DNA of 64,000 bases. Origin: Candidatus Geocrenenecus dongiae (GTDB lineage Archaea > Thermoproteota > Nitrososphaeria_A > Caldarchaeales > Wolframiiraptoraceae). The stretch spans positions 19,452 through 83,451 of the forward strand of contig JALNLN010000003.1 of assembly GCA_023267855.1 (NCBI GenBank), given 5' to 3'. The notes below the pieces were generated by a model. The model did not search any database. It was not told the origin of the DNA and saw only the letters and a program-made list of their open reading frames with translations. Shown here piece by piece: positions 40,527 through 50,563 of the stretch (positions within the stretch are counted from its first letter, which is position 1; each line of letters starts with the position of its first letter). Both the position numbers and the translations under genes were made by a program.

Positions 40527-41552
40527 ATGGCTCTCTATATACTTGGTCTCGGTCTCGGATCACTAGATTATGTTACATTGGGAGTATTAAACAGATTAAA
40601 GATGTGTAGTGAAGTATATCTAGATAGTTATACAAGTTTTATATCTAGAGAGCTCTTAGAATGGTTGGAGAAAGAATTAGGAGAAAAATTAAAGATTGCG
40701 GTTAGGAAGAATTTAGAAGACAATATAGACGAGATCTTAGAGAAAGCAGTTCATAGAAACGTGGCCATACTTGTTCCAGGAGACCCATTCATAGCTACAA
40801 CACATATCTCTATAATCGTTAAAGCAAGAGAGAAAAAAGTAGACTACGAAATACTACACGGTGTTTCAGCATACTCAGCCGCTCCAAGCATCACGGGATT
40901 ACATATTTATAAGTTTGGGAGAACGATAACACTTCCACGTGAAGGCGATCCAAAAGAAGTTTATAGAGTTATACAAGATAACATGGAGAAAGGATTACAC
41001 ACACTTATTCTTCTAGATACAGCTGACGGTGGATTAACTATACCAGAAGCATTAATCAAACTTTTATCTGTAGAAGAATCTCTTGGAAGAAAGATTTTAA
41101 ATGAAGATTCTCTGGCAATAGCTCTCGTCTCTCTAGGTATGTCTAACCAATTAATCAAGGTAGGGACTATTAGAGAACTGCTCTCAGTAGAATACCCACC
41201 TCCACCCCACATGTTAATCTTTCCAGGAGAACTTCACTTTACAGAAATAGAAATACTTATAAAAATACATGGAGCTAGAGAAGATATCGTTAGAAAATAT
41301 AGACCACCTAGATATGAGAAAGATCGAACTCTAAATTACATCACAAAGACTAGACGGGTACTTAAAGAATTAAAGATAAATGAGGATAGCAAGCATGTGA
41401 AAGATGTGTTAGAGATAGCTGAGAGCTATGTAGAAGATTCTTACAGCTACTGGTCTTCTGGAGAAATATACAACGCTCTAGCAACGATAGCTTATGCAGA
41501 AGGATTACTAGACGGCCTTAGAATTGTTGGGAAAATATCTTTTAAATGGTGA
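40527..41552 (+). CDS. dphB: Diphthine synthase (DphB) with an unusual ~80-aa C-terminal extension.
   Basis: Tetrapyrrole-methylase-like core (LYILGLGLGS, VAILVPGDPFIATTH, ILHGVSA, MLIFPGELHFTEIE), then an extra tail after about residue 260. Confidence 0.7.
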   Translation: MALYILGLGLGSLDYVTLGVLNRLKMCSEVYLDSYTSFISRELLEWLEKELGEKLKIAVRKNLEDNIDEILEKAVHRNVAILVPGDPFIATTHISIIVKAREKKVDYEILHGVSAYSAAPSITGLHIYKFGRTITLPREGDPKEVYRVIQDNMEKGLHTLILLDTADGGLTIPEALIKLLSVEESLGRKILNEDSLAIALVSLGMSNQLIKVGTIRELLSVEYPPPPHMLIFPGELHFTEIEILIKIHGAREDIVRKYRPPRYEKDRTLNYITKTRRVLKELKINEDSKHVKDVLEIAESYVEDSYSYWSSGEIYNALATIAYAEGLLDGLRIVGKISFKW

Positions 41553-41614
41553 TAGAGAACACTGTCCAGTATCTTACTATAAGTGTTTGCTTTACATGAT
41601 ATTTAAATTAAGAA

Positions 41615-42082
41615 GTGTTAATTGAAGATCTAGAGAGCGAGATGAGGAGAAGAGTAGTCTTAACTTCAGGTGCATTTGAGATAATTCACCCAGCTCACAT
41701 AAAAATGCTCTGGGAGGCCAAGAAACTTGGAGGAAAAAATTCTAAGCTAGTTGTAGTCTTAGCTAGAGATGATACTATAAGAGCTAGAAAAAAGAGAGAA
41801 CCATTACTAAATGAGAGAGCCCGGAAATACATAATATCAAATCTCAAACCTGTAGATGAAGCAGTACTCGGCTTCAAGAAATTTTCATTTAAGAAGATAA
41901 TAGATAAAGTGAAACCAGACATCGTAGTCTTCGGATACGATCAAGATGAAATAATGCATGAATTTATGAAATTTGTCGAGAGAGAGAAACTAAGAATAAA
42001 GGTTTACAAAGCTAAGAAATATAAAATTGGAGAGGTGAATAGTACAACAGACATAATTAGAAAACTTAAAACACTTCCCTAA
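41615..42082 (+). CDS. ribL: Archaeal FAD synthetase (RibL, CTP-dependent nucleotidyltransferase).
   Basis: 155 aa; VVLTSGAFEIIHPAHIKML (H-x-x-H nucleotidyltransferase motif), cytidylyltransferase-like fold. Confidence 0.6.
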   Translation: MLIEDLESEMRRRVVLTSGAFEIIHPAHIKMLWEAKKLGGKNSKLVVVLARDDTIRARKKREPLLNERARKYIISNLKPVDEAVLGFKKFSFKKIIDKVKPDIVVFGYDQDEIMHEFMKFVEREKLRIKVYKAKKYKIGEVNSTTDIIRKLKTLP

Positions 42083-42090
42083 TAACGGTT

Positions 42091-42807
42091 TCACTCAACT
42101 CTAGCTTCTATGATATTCTTATCCTGTTTAGAAGATTCTAAGATGACTTTAACAAAGACTTTATCACCGTCTCTTAAACCATACTTACCTCTAAGATATA
42201 CCGGAGCTATAATCTCTATCACATCTTTACCGTAATGCGTTCTCTCAGCAAATATTATTGCAGCTTCTTGTTCACCCATAAATAATGCTTTAATACATTT
42301 TGCTTTACCATATGTTCTCTGACCATCTACGAAACCATCTATCGGGATATCAGCCAGCTTTTCTAATAAGATTCTATTCTCAATAGAGTCTTTAGAGAGG
42401 AGCTGTATATTCAACGTTCCAGGATATGGTGTAAAACCAACTCTTTCTTTTATCTGTTCAAAATATTGAGGTAGACTTATGTAGTAGAAACCTTCACCAA
42501 GTCCTGAAAATACTCTACCTTCAAGAACTATCTCCATAGGTTTTTCAAATATTTCTCTAAGCTGGATATATAAATCTCTTAATGCTTCTAATCCTCTATT
42601 CGTTAATCTAACTAGAGTCGTCTTACCAATTATTATTTTTTCAACATAACCTTCTTTTTCTAAAAGGATTAGTAGTCTGGATGCTGATTGCTGAGATGTT
42701 CTTAACTGTTGAGCCAAAGCTGAAGTTGATATAGCTAAACTTTTCGTATAAGCTCCATTCTGAGCTAGAAAAAGAAGTAGTTTCTCTTTTGAATTTAGTA
42801 TTTGCAT
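42091..42807 (-). CDS. ribK: CTP-dependent riboflavin kinase (archaeal RibK, MJ0056 family) with an N-terminal winged-HTH domain.
   Basis: C-terminal kinase domain with PYPGTLN and YGKAKCIKA; N-terminal HTH (KSLAISTSALAQQLRTSQQSASRLL). Confidence 0.6.
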   Translation of the reverse strand: MQILNSKEKLLLFLAQNGAYTKSLAISTSALAQQLRTSQQSASRLLILLEKEGYVEKIIIGKTTLVRLTNRGLEALRDLYIQLREIFEKPMEIVLEGRVFSGLGEGFYYISLPQYFEQIKERVGFTPYPGTLNIQLLSKDSIENRILLEKLADIPIDGFVDGQRTYGKAKCIKALFMGEQEAAIIFAERTHYGKDVIEIIAPVYLRGKYGLRDGDKVFVKVILESSKQDKNIIEARVE

Positions 42808-42886
42808 TTCACTGTTATATTAGATTCATTCCTATATAAGCTTTTCTCAATTACTCGAGAATGTACAAAGATATTTGTAGAAATCT

Positions 42887-43489
42887 TTAAAGCTGAATAG
42901 TTTCTATAGATTTAACTCCATCATTAGTTATTAGGAGTAAGTCTATACCGTTACCACTTGCAGCATCTCTCGCTATAGATGCTTTTATAGCTTTTATTGC
43001 TAAATCTCTAAGTTCTTCTGCCATCATATCTTTTCTATAAGATAATTCTAGTATACCTATTGCTATTTCTGCTCCTGATCCAACTACTGCATAATCATCT
43101 TCTAGTATCGAGCCTAGAGGGTCTAAGACAAGTATGTGTCCTCCACTTTCATCGAATCCTCCGACAATAGTCTCTGTTAAATAGGGGAAAAATCTACTAC
43201 TAAATAAGTAGTTTGAAAGTACTTTTGCAACCATTCTAACTTCTGGCTCTCTCTGGAAAGTATATCTATAGAGATTTATTTCTGCTTGAGCATCTCTTAT
43301 CAAGTTCTGCATATCTCCAACCATACCTGCACATGCTGCACCAATCTTTGGAGTTATCTGGAAAACCTTCCTAACACTCTTACTAACAACGAAGTATCCA
43401 TAAGTTAATCTCTTTTCTGCTGCGAGTACTACTGCATCTTTTCCCTTTATGCCTAGAGTCGTAGCACCTGGAAACGGGTACTGTGACAT
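42887..43489 (-). CDS. psmB: Proteasome beta subunit.
   Basis: Propeptide then TTLGIKGKDAVVLAAEKR with the N-terminal Thr nucleophile; 200 aa. Confidence 0.85.
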   Translation of the reverse strand: MSQYPFPGATTLGIKGKDAVVLAAEKRLTYGYFVVSKSVRKVFQITPKIGAACAGMVGDMQNLIRDAQAEINLYRYTFQREPEVRMVAKVLSNYLFSSRFFPYLTETIVGGFDESGGHILVLDPLGSILEDDYAVVGSGAEIAIGILELSYRKDMMAEELRDLAIKAIKASIARDAASGNGIDLLLITNDGVKSIETIQL

Positions 43490-43695
43490 AATCTAATCAC
43501 CCCTTAACTCTATAACAATTTTCGTATATCCAGTTTTTAAGCATTTTTAATTTACGAATAGTATAGCGAGAAAACTTCTACATCTATTTAGATGTTTTGA
43601 AGAATCTCTATGAGTTAAGAAGAAGTGTAACTTGGTCTTTGGGATCTTTTAGTATTGTTTGTAAAGTCTAGTTTAAAAGATAGGAAGTAGAAATT

Positions 43696-44775
43696 TTGAT
43701 CAGGATGTTTGTTGAAATCGATGGTTCTATGGGTGAAGGTGGAGGTCAGATTCTTAGAAATGCTGTTGCTCTCTCCGCAGTCCTACTCAAACCTATAAAA
43801 ATCAAGAATATTAGAGTTAAGAGAAGTAATCCAGGACTTAGACCACAACATTTAACAGCTGTAAAAGCTGTTGCAACACTCTCTTCAGCAGAAGTCGCTG
43901 GACTTAAAGTTGGTTCACTAGAAATAGTGTTTAATCCAAAAAGTAGACCTAGAGGCGGTGTGATAGAGTTTGATGCAGGTACTGCTGGAAGCACTACCCT
44001 GATGCTTCAAAGTCTTATGCCTACTATGGCCTTCGCTTCAGAATCTGTAGAAGTAAAGCTCATAGGTGGAACAAACAATCCCATGGCTCCGCCTGTCGAG
44101 TATTTACAATGGGTTCTTATGCCGATCTTAGAGAAGATGGGATGTAGGTTTAGAGTGGAATTATTGAAAAGAGGATTTTATCCTAGAGGTGGTGGGGTGG
44201 TTAAGGCTTGCTCAGATCCGGTAGATATCTTGAAACCTGTCAAGATCGTTGAGTTTAAAGGTGTTAAGAAGATCCGTGGCTTAAGTTATAGTTGTAGACT
44301 TCCAGGTCATATTGCTGAAAGGATGGCTTCAACTTCCGAGAAGATACTTAGAGAGAATGGTTATGATGTTGAGATAAGGAGAGAAGTACTCCAACCAAAT
44401 GACTCAAAATGTTCTATGGATCCTGGATGTGGAATAATATTATTAGCAGAACTTGGTGATGGCTTCGTCATCGGCGTTGATAAACTTGGAGAGAAAGGCG
44501 TACCTGCTGAGAAAATTGCTGAAGAAGCTTCTAGAGAACTCTTAGAAGAATTATCTAGTGAAGCACCTGTAGATAAACATCTTGGAGATCAGTTAGTTAT
44601 ATGGGCTTGCCTAGCTGAAGGTACATCACAATACAGAGTAACAAAACTCACGAAACACACAACCACAAGTCTAGAACTATGCAGAATATTAACAAACGCC
44701 AAGATAGAGATAGATGGAATTGAGGGAAAACCTGCAACAATAACTATAGAAGGAATTGGATTAAAAAGAAGATAA
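43696..44775 (+). CDS. rtcA: RNA 3'-terminal phosphate cyclase.
   Basis: IDGSMGEGGGQILRNAVALSAV; 359 aa (the start may be the internal Met). Confidence 0.8.
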   Translation: MIRMFVEIDGSMGEGGGQILRNAVALSAVLLKPIKIKNIRVKRSNPGLRPQHLTAVKAVATLSSAEVAGLKVGSLEIVFNPKSRPRGGVIEFDAGTAGSTTLMLQSLMPTMAFASESVEVKLIGGTNNPMAPPVEYLQWVLMPILEKMGCRFRVELLKRGFYPRGGGVVKACSDPVDILKPVKIVEFKGVKKIRGLSYSCRLPGHIAERMASTSEKILRENGYDVEIRREVLQPNDSKCSMDPGCGIILLAELGDGFVIGVDKLGEKGVPAEKIAEEASRELLEELSSEAPVDKHLGDQLVIWACLAEGTSQYRVTKLTKHTTTSLELCRILTNAKIEIDGIEGKPATITIEGIGLKRR

Positions 44776-44920
44776 ACAAGCTATTTTCCTTATTGAAGTT
44801 CTTATACCTGAGCTATACATAATTCTTGAGAAAACACGAATTTAGAAAATGCTAATGGGTAACTAAAAGATGAGGTATATCGAAAGTTTTAAATTTAAAT
44901 TATTGTTTTCGTTTACATGA

Positions 44921-45466
44921 GTGGGCTTTTTGAAACGTGGGTTGTTTGTTGGTAGGTTTCAGCCACCACACATCGGTCATCTTCATGCTATAAAGAATAT
45001 TTTTAAAGAATGTGATGAGCTGGTTATTGTAATCGGTAGTGCTCAGTTTAGCCATACATTTGAGAACCCGTTTACTGTTGGAGAGAGGATAGAGATGATT
45101 AGAATAATGCTGAGAGAAGAAGGAATACCTTTAGATAGAGTAATAATTGTCCCGGTACCAGATATCGGTGAACATTCACTATGGGTTTCAAGGGTAAAAT
45201 CCTTCACACCTAGATTTGATGTAGTTTACTCGAATAACCCATTAGTCCAAAGATTGTTTAGAGAAGCTGGATACGAAGTTAAACCTATAGAATTGTATCA
45301 GAGAGAAGAAATCATAGGAACACTAATACGTAAGAAGATGGTTAAAGACCAGGACTGGAGGAAACATGTACCAAGTTCTGTAATTAAGTACATTGAAGAG
45401 ATAAAAGGTGTTGAGAGATTAAAAGAAATTTGCAAAACAGATTATCCAGAAAACATTAATCCTTGA
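44921..45466 (+). CDS. nadM: Nicotinamide-nucleotide adenylyltransferase (archaeal NMNAT).
   Basis: GLFVGRFQPPHIGHLHAI (HxGH); 181 aa. Confidence 0.8.
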   Translation: MGFLKRGLFVGRFQPPHIGHLHAIKNIFKECDELVIVIGSAQFSHTFENPFTVGERIEMIRIMLREEGIPLDRVIIVPVPDIGEHSLWVSRVKSFTPRFDVVYSNNPLVQRLFREAGYEVKPIELYQREEIIGTLIRKKMVKDQDWRKHVPSSVIKYIEEIKGVERLKEICKTDYPENINP

Positions 45467-45513
45467 GATGCTATACTCAAAAATTAAATATACTCTGTAA
45501 CCAGCAATAACGA

Positions 45514-45951
45514 TTATTGTTCTAGTTCTATCCTACTTGGTAAGTCGGGTGAAGCTCTGTAAATCCATTTCATCCTATTCTTTTTAGATCGATGCTTCTT
45601 AACAATCTTCCTTTCAATCAAACCCATAGAGGTAAGATGTTCTAGAGCGAGGTTAACTTTCTTGAAATCTTTTGGAGCCCAACCTCTTCTAATTAATTCT
45701 GATATTATTTCTCCTATAGTTCTCCAATCTTTTAAGAATCCTTCTACGGCCAATGAGAGTATTCTTCCATGAATCTCGTCTTCACTGATCTTCACATGTA
45801 CAGTTTTCTTTTTCAAGATAACTTTAGGCACTTCAATATTCATCCTAACTTCTGGAATCTTCTTCAATATCGTGTCGAGAGCGAGTTCAAGCATCTCAAC
45901 ACGACGCTGTAAATCTTCAACAACCCTCTCAAGTCTCTGAACTCTCATCAT
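45514..45951 (-). CDS. Hypothetical protein with an N-terminal coiled coil and a C-terminal wHTH-like region.
   Basis: 145 aa; ORF only. Confidence 0.3.
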   Translation of the reverse strand: MMRVQRLERVVEDLQRRVEMLELALDTILKKIPEVRMNIEVPKVILKKKTVHVKISEDEIHGRILSLAVEGFLKDWRTIGEIISELIRRGWAPKDFKKVNLALEHLTSMGLIERKIVKKHRSKKNRMKWIYRASPDLPSRIELEQ

Positions 45952-46116
45952 AAGAAAACTCTAGTAGAAGCCAAGTTTTATCTATTACAGATACTTGAAA
46001 ATAAAATTAAACTTAATAGAAAGATGGAAAACTAGTTAATATCTTTTAGTTTCGAGTACATAATGGTAAATCATGTTTACAGGAAAAGATATATTGAATA
46101 GTGTCTGCTTGTATAA

Positions 46117-47187
46117 ATGGTTATGTTTACTCTTGATGATTTAAATGTTTTTAGAGAAGTTCCATATGGAACAGCATTTAATATTATTGGAAATACTCCT
46201 AGAGTTTTTTCTGAATATCTAAAGATAGGTATGGAGCTTGGAAGTAATCTCAAAGAACGTTTCACAACAATAAGTAAGATAGTGTATATTGGAATAGGAG
46301 GATCAGCGATAGCTGGAGACATATTCTCAACTTTATTAAAATCTAGTATTTCGTTACTTATTCATAGAGATTATATCCCGATAAAACTTACTGAGAGAGA
46401 CCTAGCAATATTCGTAAGTTATTCGGGAGAAACAGCAGAAATATTTCCGACATTATTATCAAACTTTGAGAAGAAAAATAACTTCGTATTTATTACTTCT
46501 GGTGGAAGATTAAAGAAGATTGCAGAGAAATATGGGGTACCGTTGATAGAGCTTGAACACGGTATTCCACCTAGATATGCTTTACCAAGTATGCTGGCTG
46601 GGTTGATTGGAATAGCCGAAAGTTATGGATTGCTGAGAGAAGACGATCTCGAGAAAGCAATTAAAGATATGGAGAATGTTAAGAAGAATATTGATGTTAA
46701 TATGCCTCTTGATAAGAATATTTCAAAGAAGATTGCTGTCAAGCTTTTTGAAAAGATTCCTGTAATTTATGCTTATGGTAATGCTGTACCAATAGGTTAT
46801 AGATTTAAGTGTCAGCTTAATGAGAATGCTAAAGTCTTCTCCCACTTCTCTCCACTACCAGAAGCATTACATAATGATGTAGAAGCTATAACAGAAGAAT
46901 GCGTAATAGTCACACCTAGAGTCTCAAACGAAACACCTGAAATAACTAGAGTATACGAAGCATTATCTACAATCTTTCAAGATAGGTTTATTGATCTAAA
47001 AGTAGATTCAGTAAATCTTTTAGGAGAAATTCTCAGCCTCCTACTCATACTAGATTACTCTAGCCTCTACTTATCCATCCTTAGAAGAGTTGATCCTCTC
47101 AAACTCTACAGGATACCAGAGTTTAAGAGTGTTAATAAGATTTATGAAGAGATATTGAAAAGGGTAGATGAAAGACTTGGATTATAG
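46117..47187 (+). CDS. Bifunctional phosphoglucose/phosphomannose isomerase (SIS-domain PGI/PMI).
   Basis: VYIGIGGSAIAGDIF SIS motif, a second SIS-like half; size consistent with crenarchaeal PGI/PMI. Confidence 0.55.
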   Translation: MVMFTLDDLNVFREVPYGTAFNIIGNTPRVFSEYLKIGMELGSNLKERFTTISKIVYIGIGGSAIAGDIFSTLLKSSISLLIHRDYIPIKLTERDLAIFVSYSGETAEIFPTLLSNFEKKNNFVFITSGGRLKKIAEKYGVPLIELEHGIPPRYALPSMLAGLIGIAESYGLLREDDLEKAIKDMENVKKNIDVNMPLDKNISKKIAVKLFEKIPVIYAYGNAVPIGYRFKCQLNENAKVFSHFSPLPEALHNDVEAITEECVIVTPRVSNETPEITRVYEALSTIFQDRFIDLKVDSVNLLGEILSLLLILDYSSLYLSILRRVDPLKLYRIPEFKSVNKIYEEILKRVDERLGL

Positions 47188-47758
47188 TAGTGGATCATTT
47201 ATACGGAGGATTAGAGGTAGGATTATCTCAGCATCAATCATAACAATTATTCTCTTCATCCTCCTCTATTTTTCTTCTACTATACCTATCTCTGAGGAAG
47301 AAGCTAAAATACTGATGGAGGAAGCTAAGAAAATTCTTAGCGAAAAATACGGTGTACTAGATATCTTTATCCATAATTTCATGATAGCTCTATTAATGTT
47401 CTTACCGATAATCGGTATAATAATAGGCGGATATGCAATATACACTACAGGCAAGCTGATAGGGGTTCTCGCAAATACGTATGGAATACCATCATCGATA
47501 TTAATAATCTCCACCATAATCACATTATACGGATTAATAGAATTCTTGGCTTACGGCATAGCATTCTCAGAAAACATCTTTCTCACAAAATCCATCATAA
47601 GTAGAAGATTGAAAAGAGAAGGAAAACTAACAATCATATCGATAGCACTAACAGCACTACTACTCTTAATAGCGGCAACAATAGAATACGCTTTAATCAT
47701 TTTCATAGAAAAGATGCTTCCAGAAAGCATGAGAGAAATAATAAGCCAGTTAATTTAA
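47168..47758 (+). CDS. Membrane protein, possibly SpoIIM/DUF95-like.
   Basis: 196 aa, about 5 TM; its start overlaps the PGI/PMI stop. Confidence 0.3.
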   Translation: MKDLDYSSGSFIRRIRGRIISASIITIILFILLYFSSTIPISEEEAKILMEEAKKILSEKYGVLDIFIHNFMIALLMFLPIIGIIIGGYAIYTTGKLIGVLANTYGIPSSILIISTIITLYGLIEFLAYGIAFSENIFLTKSIISRRLKREGKLTIISIALTALLLLIAATIEYALIIFIEKMLPESMREIISQLI

Positions 47759-47803
47759 CAGAAATCATAAACATAAATAATCCGATGGGAAACATGTTTC
47801 TGG

Positions 47804-47943
47804 GCCGGGGTGCCTTAGCCAGGTAGAGGGTCGGCCTCGAGATCTCTCATATAATAATAGAGTGGTCAGAAGAAAGAGTGAGCCGATGCCCCAAAACAAG
47901 ATTGGGGAAACGGGGTTCGTGGGTTCAAATCCCACCCCCGGCG
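47804..47943 (+). tRNA. Intron-containing class II tRNA, most consistent with tRNA-Ser(CGA). It has a ~39-nt canonical intron and a second ~15-nt insertion in the variable arm.
   Basis: Acceptor GCCGGGG (47804-10) pairs with CCCCGGC (47936-42); discriminator G; T-arm GTGGG-TTCAAAT-CCCAC. D-stem CCTT/GAGG. Anticodon stem TCGGC (47831-35) pairs with GCCGA (47882-86). Loop C-T-CGA-G, then an intron at 47842-47880 whose ends, CTCT and AGAG, can form a BHB helix. The variable region is 32 nt and contains a CCCCAA/TTGGGG hairpin. Confidence 0.55.
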
Positions 47944-48046
47944 CAAAAATACATCTCTTCTCTCTTTCTATCTCTAATTTCATCTAATGCCGTGAATTTC
48001 ATAAGGTTCTCATAGAACTTTGTTTATAATTTTTACCAATGTTTCT

Positions 48047-48850
48047 TTATCGGAGTTCTTTAACAATTTTCATTAATGTTCTTACTCTTTCGATGTCTAC
48101 TGGATTCCAGATTACTCCATCTTTCTTTAAATATGTTCCTACGATGACTCCATCAGCGTACTTTAACAACGTGACTACGTTGGATAGGTTTACTCCACTA
48201 CCAACAATTATAGGAGCTTCTGGAACAGCTTCTCTAACACTCTTCAAATCATCGATGTTTACCTCTATGCCAGTTTCAGGTCCAGTAATTATCAAGGCAT
48301 CCGCTCTCCCTCTATAGTATGCTTCTCTTGCAAGTTGTGTAATCGGTACATCATACAACTGTTTACCATGCTTAACAGCTATATCTGCAAATATCTTCAC
48401 ATTACTCTTAAGAAACTCTCTATACCGTATTGTCCTATAAGCTTCACCTTCGATTATTCCTTGATCTGTCGCTACGCATCCGATATGTACATTAGCTCTA
48501 ACAAAATCTGCACTTGTTATAGATGCTATTGCTATCGCTGCCATAACATCATTTCTCAAAACATTCACACCTACTGGAACATTGAATTTCTTCTTAATCT
48601 CCCATATAATGATGCTCATGCCTGTTATGACGTGTGGTGGAACTCTGCGAGGATAGAAAGGTGAATCCATAAAGTTCTCTACAAGTAATCCATCTACACC
48701 TCCCTCCACCAGAGTTTCAGCATCTCTCAAAGCATAATCTAAAACATCATTAAACTTGGTAGAGTTGGGAGAACCGGGTAAAGGTTTAAGATGAACCATT
48801 CCAATTATCGGTTTTTCCACTTTAAACATTCTTAAAACATTTCCGATCAT
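48047..48850 (-). CDS. BtpA/SgcQ-family TIM-barrel protein (paralog 1).
   Basis: KPIIGMVHLKPLPGSP ... GGVDGLLVENF is the BtpA signature; 267 aa. Confidence 0.6.
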   Translation of the reverse strand: MIGNVLRMFKVEKPIIGMVHLKPLPGSPNSTKFNDVLDYALRDAETLVEGGVDGLLVENFMDSPFYPRRVPPHVITGMSIIIWEIKKKFNVPVGVNVLRNDVMAAIAIASITSADFVRANVHIGCVATDQGIIEGEAYRTIRYREFLKSNVKIFADIAVKHGKQLYDVPITQLAREAYYRGRADALIITGPETGIEVNIDDLKSVREAVPEAPIIVGSGVNLSNVVTLLKYADGVIVGTYLKKDGVIWNPVDIERVRTLMKIVKELR

Positions 48851-48919
48851 GTCTAATGAGAATAGGTATCAAATAGTTTTAACCATTTTGTTTATAGAAG
48901 CGTTGGTTCTTGGATATTT

Positions 48920-50563
48920 TTATCTAGCTTTCTTCTCAGGTTTTATGCCAGCCATCATCATGCCGATCTCAGTTATTGTCGCTTCGGAAGAGTCGAGTAT
49001 TCCCATAAATCTTCCATCAAACATTACCGCAATCCTATCACATAAAGTCATTATCTCTTCTAAGTCTTCTGATACAAGCAGTATTCCTGAACCCTTTTCT
49101 TTCAACTCTAAGAATATCTTATGGGTATGTGTCAATGCTTTAAGGTCTAGACCGTATGTTGGATGGTAAGCTATGACTAGTTTTGGGTTTACCCAAAGTT
49201 CTCTGGCGAGGATGAGTCTCTGTATGTTACCGCCTGACAATATTCTTACCTCTGTGCTCCATATATCTGGAGTGAGTATCTCAAACTTACTTATGAGTTC
49301 TTTAGCGTGTTTTGTTATAGAGCTATAGCTTATTACGCCTTTCCAGGAGAATGGAGGTGAAATGTAGTCTCTCATCATGATGTTCTCTCCAAAAGTCATA
49401 GATTCTGCAACTCCCATAGCTCTCCTATCTTCAGGAATATGTCTAACTCCAAGTTTGGTCAGCTCTCTCGGAGATTTATTTGTAACATCTTTTCCTAGAA
49501 ATATGATTCTACCGCTCTTGACTTTCCTCAAACCTGTTAGAGCTTCAACAAGCTCGCTCTGCCCGTTACCCGCGATTCCTGCAATGCCGAATATCTCTCC
49601 TTCTCTAATGGTAAAGCTTACACCCTTAACAGCTTCAACACCTTGCCTACCTTCTACGTGTAGATCTATAACCTCAAGTATCGCTGTTTCTGCTTTAGGT
49701 GGTTTTTTAACTTTTTTAACTGGTTCTACCGTACCTATCATCATTCTTAGCAATTCATCCTTATTCGTTTCGTTAATGTATTTTGTTCCAACGTGTTTTC
49801 CAAGTCTAAGTACGGTAACTCTATCTGCTATCTCCATGACTTCCTCGATTCTATGTGTTATGAAAACCACTCCCCTATTCTCATCAGCTAGAGATCTCAA
49901 TACTTTAAATAATTCCTTAACTTCGTGTGGTGTGAGCATTGACGTTGGTTCATCAAGTATGAGTATCTCAGGGTTCCAGTAAAGTACTTTTAATATCTCT
50001 GCTCTCTGTTTTTCTCCAGCTGATAAATCTTCTACCATTGCTCTAGAATCTACTTTCAGATTATACCTATTCATCAATTCTACAAGTTTTCTTTCGATCT
50101 CCCTTATCGGGTATTTAAATGGATTGTATTCTCTTAAACCTAGAGCTATGTTCTCTACCAATGATAATGTTGGTACTAATGTGAACTCTTGATGAACCAT
50201 TGCAATACCTTGTTCTAATGCATCTCTAGGTGAATTGAATGTTACGGGTCTTCCTCTAACATAGATTTTTCCTGAAGTAGCTAGGTAGAATCCTGAGAGA
50301 ATGTTTGCTAAAACAGTCTTACCAGCACCATTCTCACCAAGCAGTGCATGAATCTCTCCAGCTCTTACATCAAAATTTACATGGTCTAAGACTAGATGCT
50401 CCCATATGCCTGGGAAATCTTTAACTATGTTCTCAGCTTTTAGTAGTATCTCTCCTTTTCTTGGCTTCTGATCACTCGTACTGAAACTACGTGAGCTAAC
50501 GATTTTGGAGTTTTCACTCTTCTTATGAAGAGATGATCTAAATGAGCTAACCACCGTCTTCAT
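48920..50563 (-). CDS. ABC transporter ATP-binding protein with two fused ABC domains (sugar/nucleoside type).
   Basis: Two Walker A sites (GENGAGKT, GIAGNGQS), two LSGG signatures; 547 aa. Confidence 0.8.
   Translation of the reverse strand: MKTVVSSFRSSLHKKSENSKIVSSRSFSTSDQKPRKGEILLKAENIVKDFPGIWEHLVLDHVNFDVRAGEIHALLGENGAGKTVLANILSGFYLATSGKIYVRGRPVTFNSPRDALEQGIAMVHQEFTLVPTLSLVENIALGLREYNPFKYPIREIERKLVELMNRYNLKVDSRAMVEDLSAGEKQRAEILKVLYWNPEILILDEPTSMLTPHEVKELFKVLRSLADENRGVVFITHRIEEVMEIADRVTVLRLGKHVGTKYINETNKDELLRMMIGTVEPVKKVKKPPKAETAILEVIDLHVEGRQGVEAVKGVSFTIREGEIFGIAGIAGNGQSELVEALTGLRKVKSGRIIFLGKDVTNKSPRELTKLGVRHIPEDRRAMGVAESMTFGENIMMRDYISPPFSWKGVISYSSITKHAKELISKFEILTPDIWSTEVRILSGGNIQRLILARELWVNPKLVIAYHPTYGLDLKALTHTHKIFLELKEKGSGILLVSEDLEEIMTLCDRIAVMFDGRFMGILDSSEATITEIGMMMAGIKPEKKAR

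Noticed and set aside
47765-47983. 72-aa minus-strand ORF covering the tRNA-Ser-like gene.
   Set aside because: It overlaps a structurally well-supported tRNA on the other strand, so it is likely spurious.
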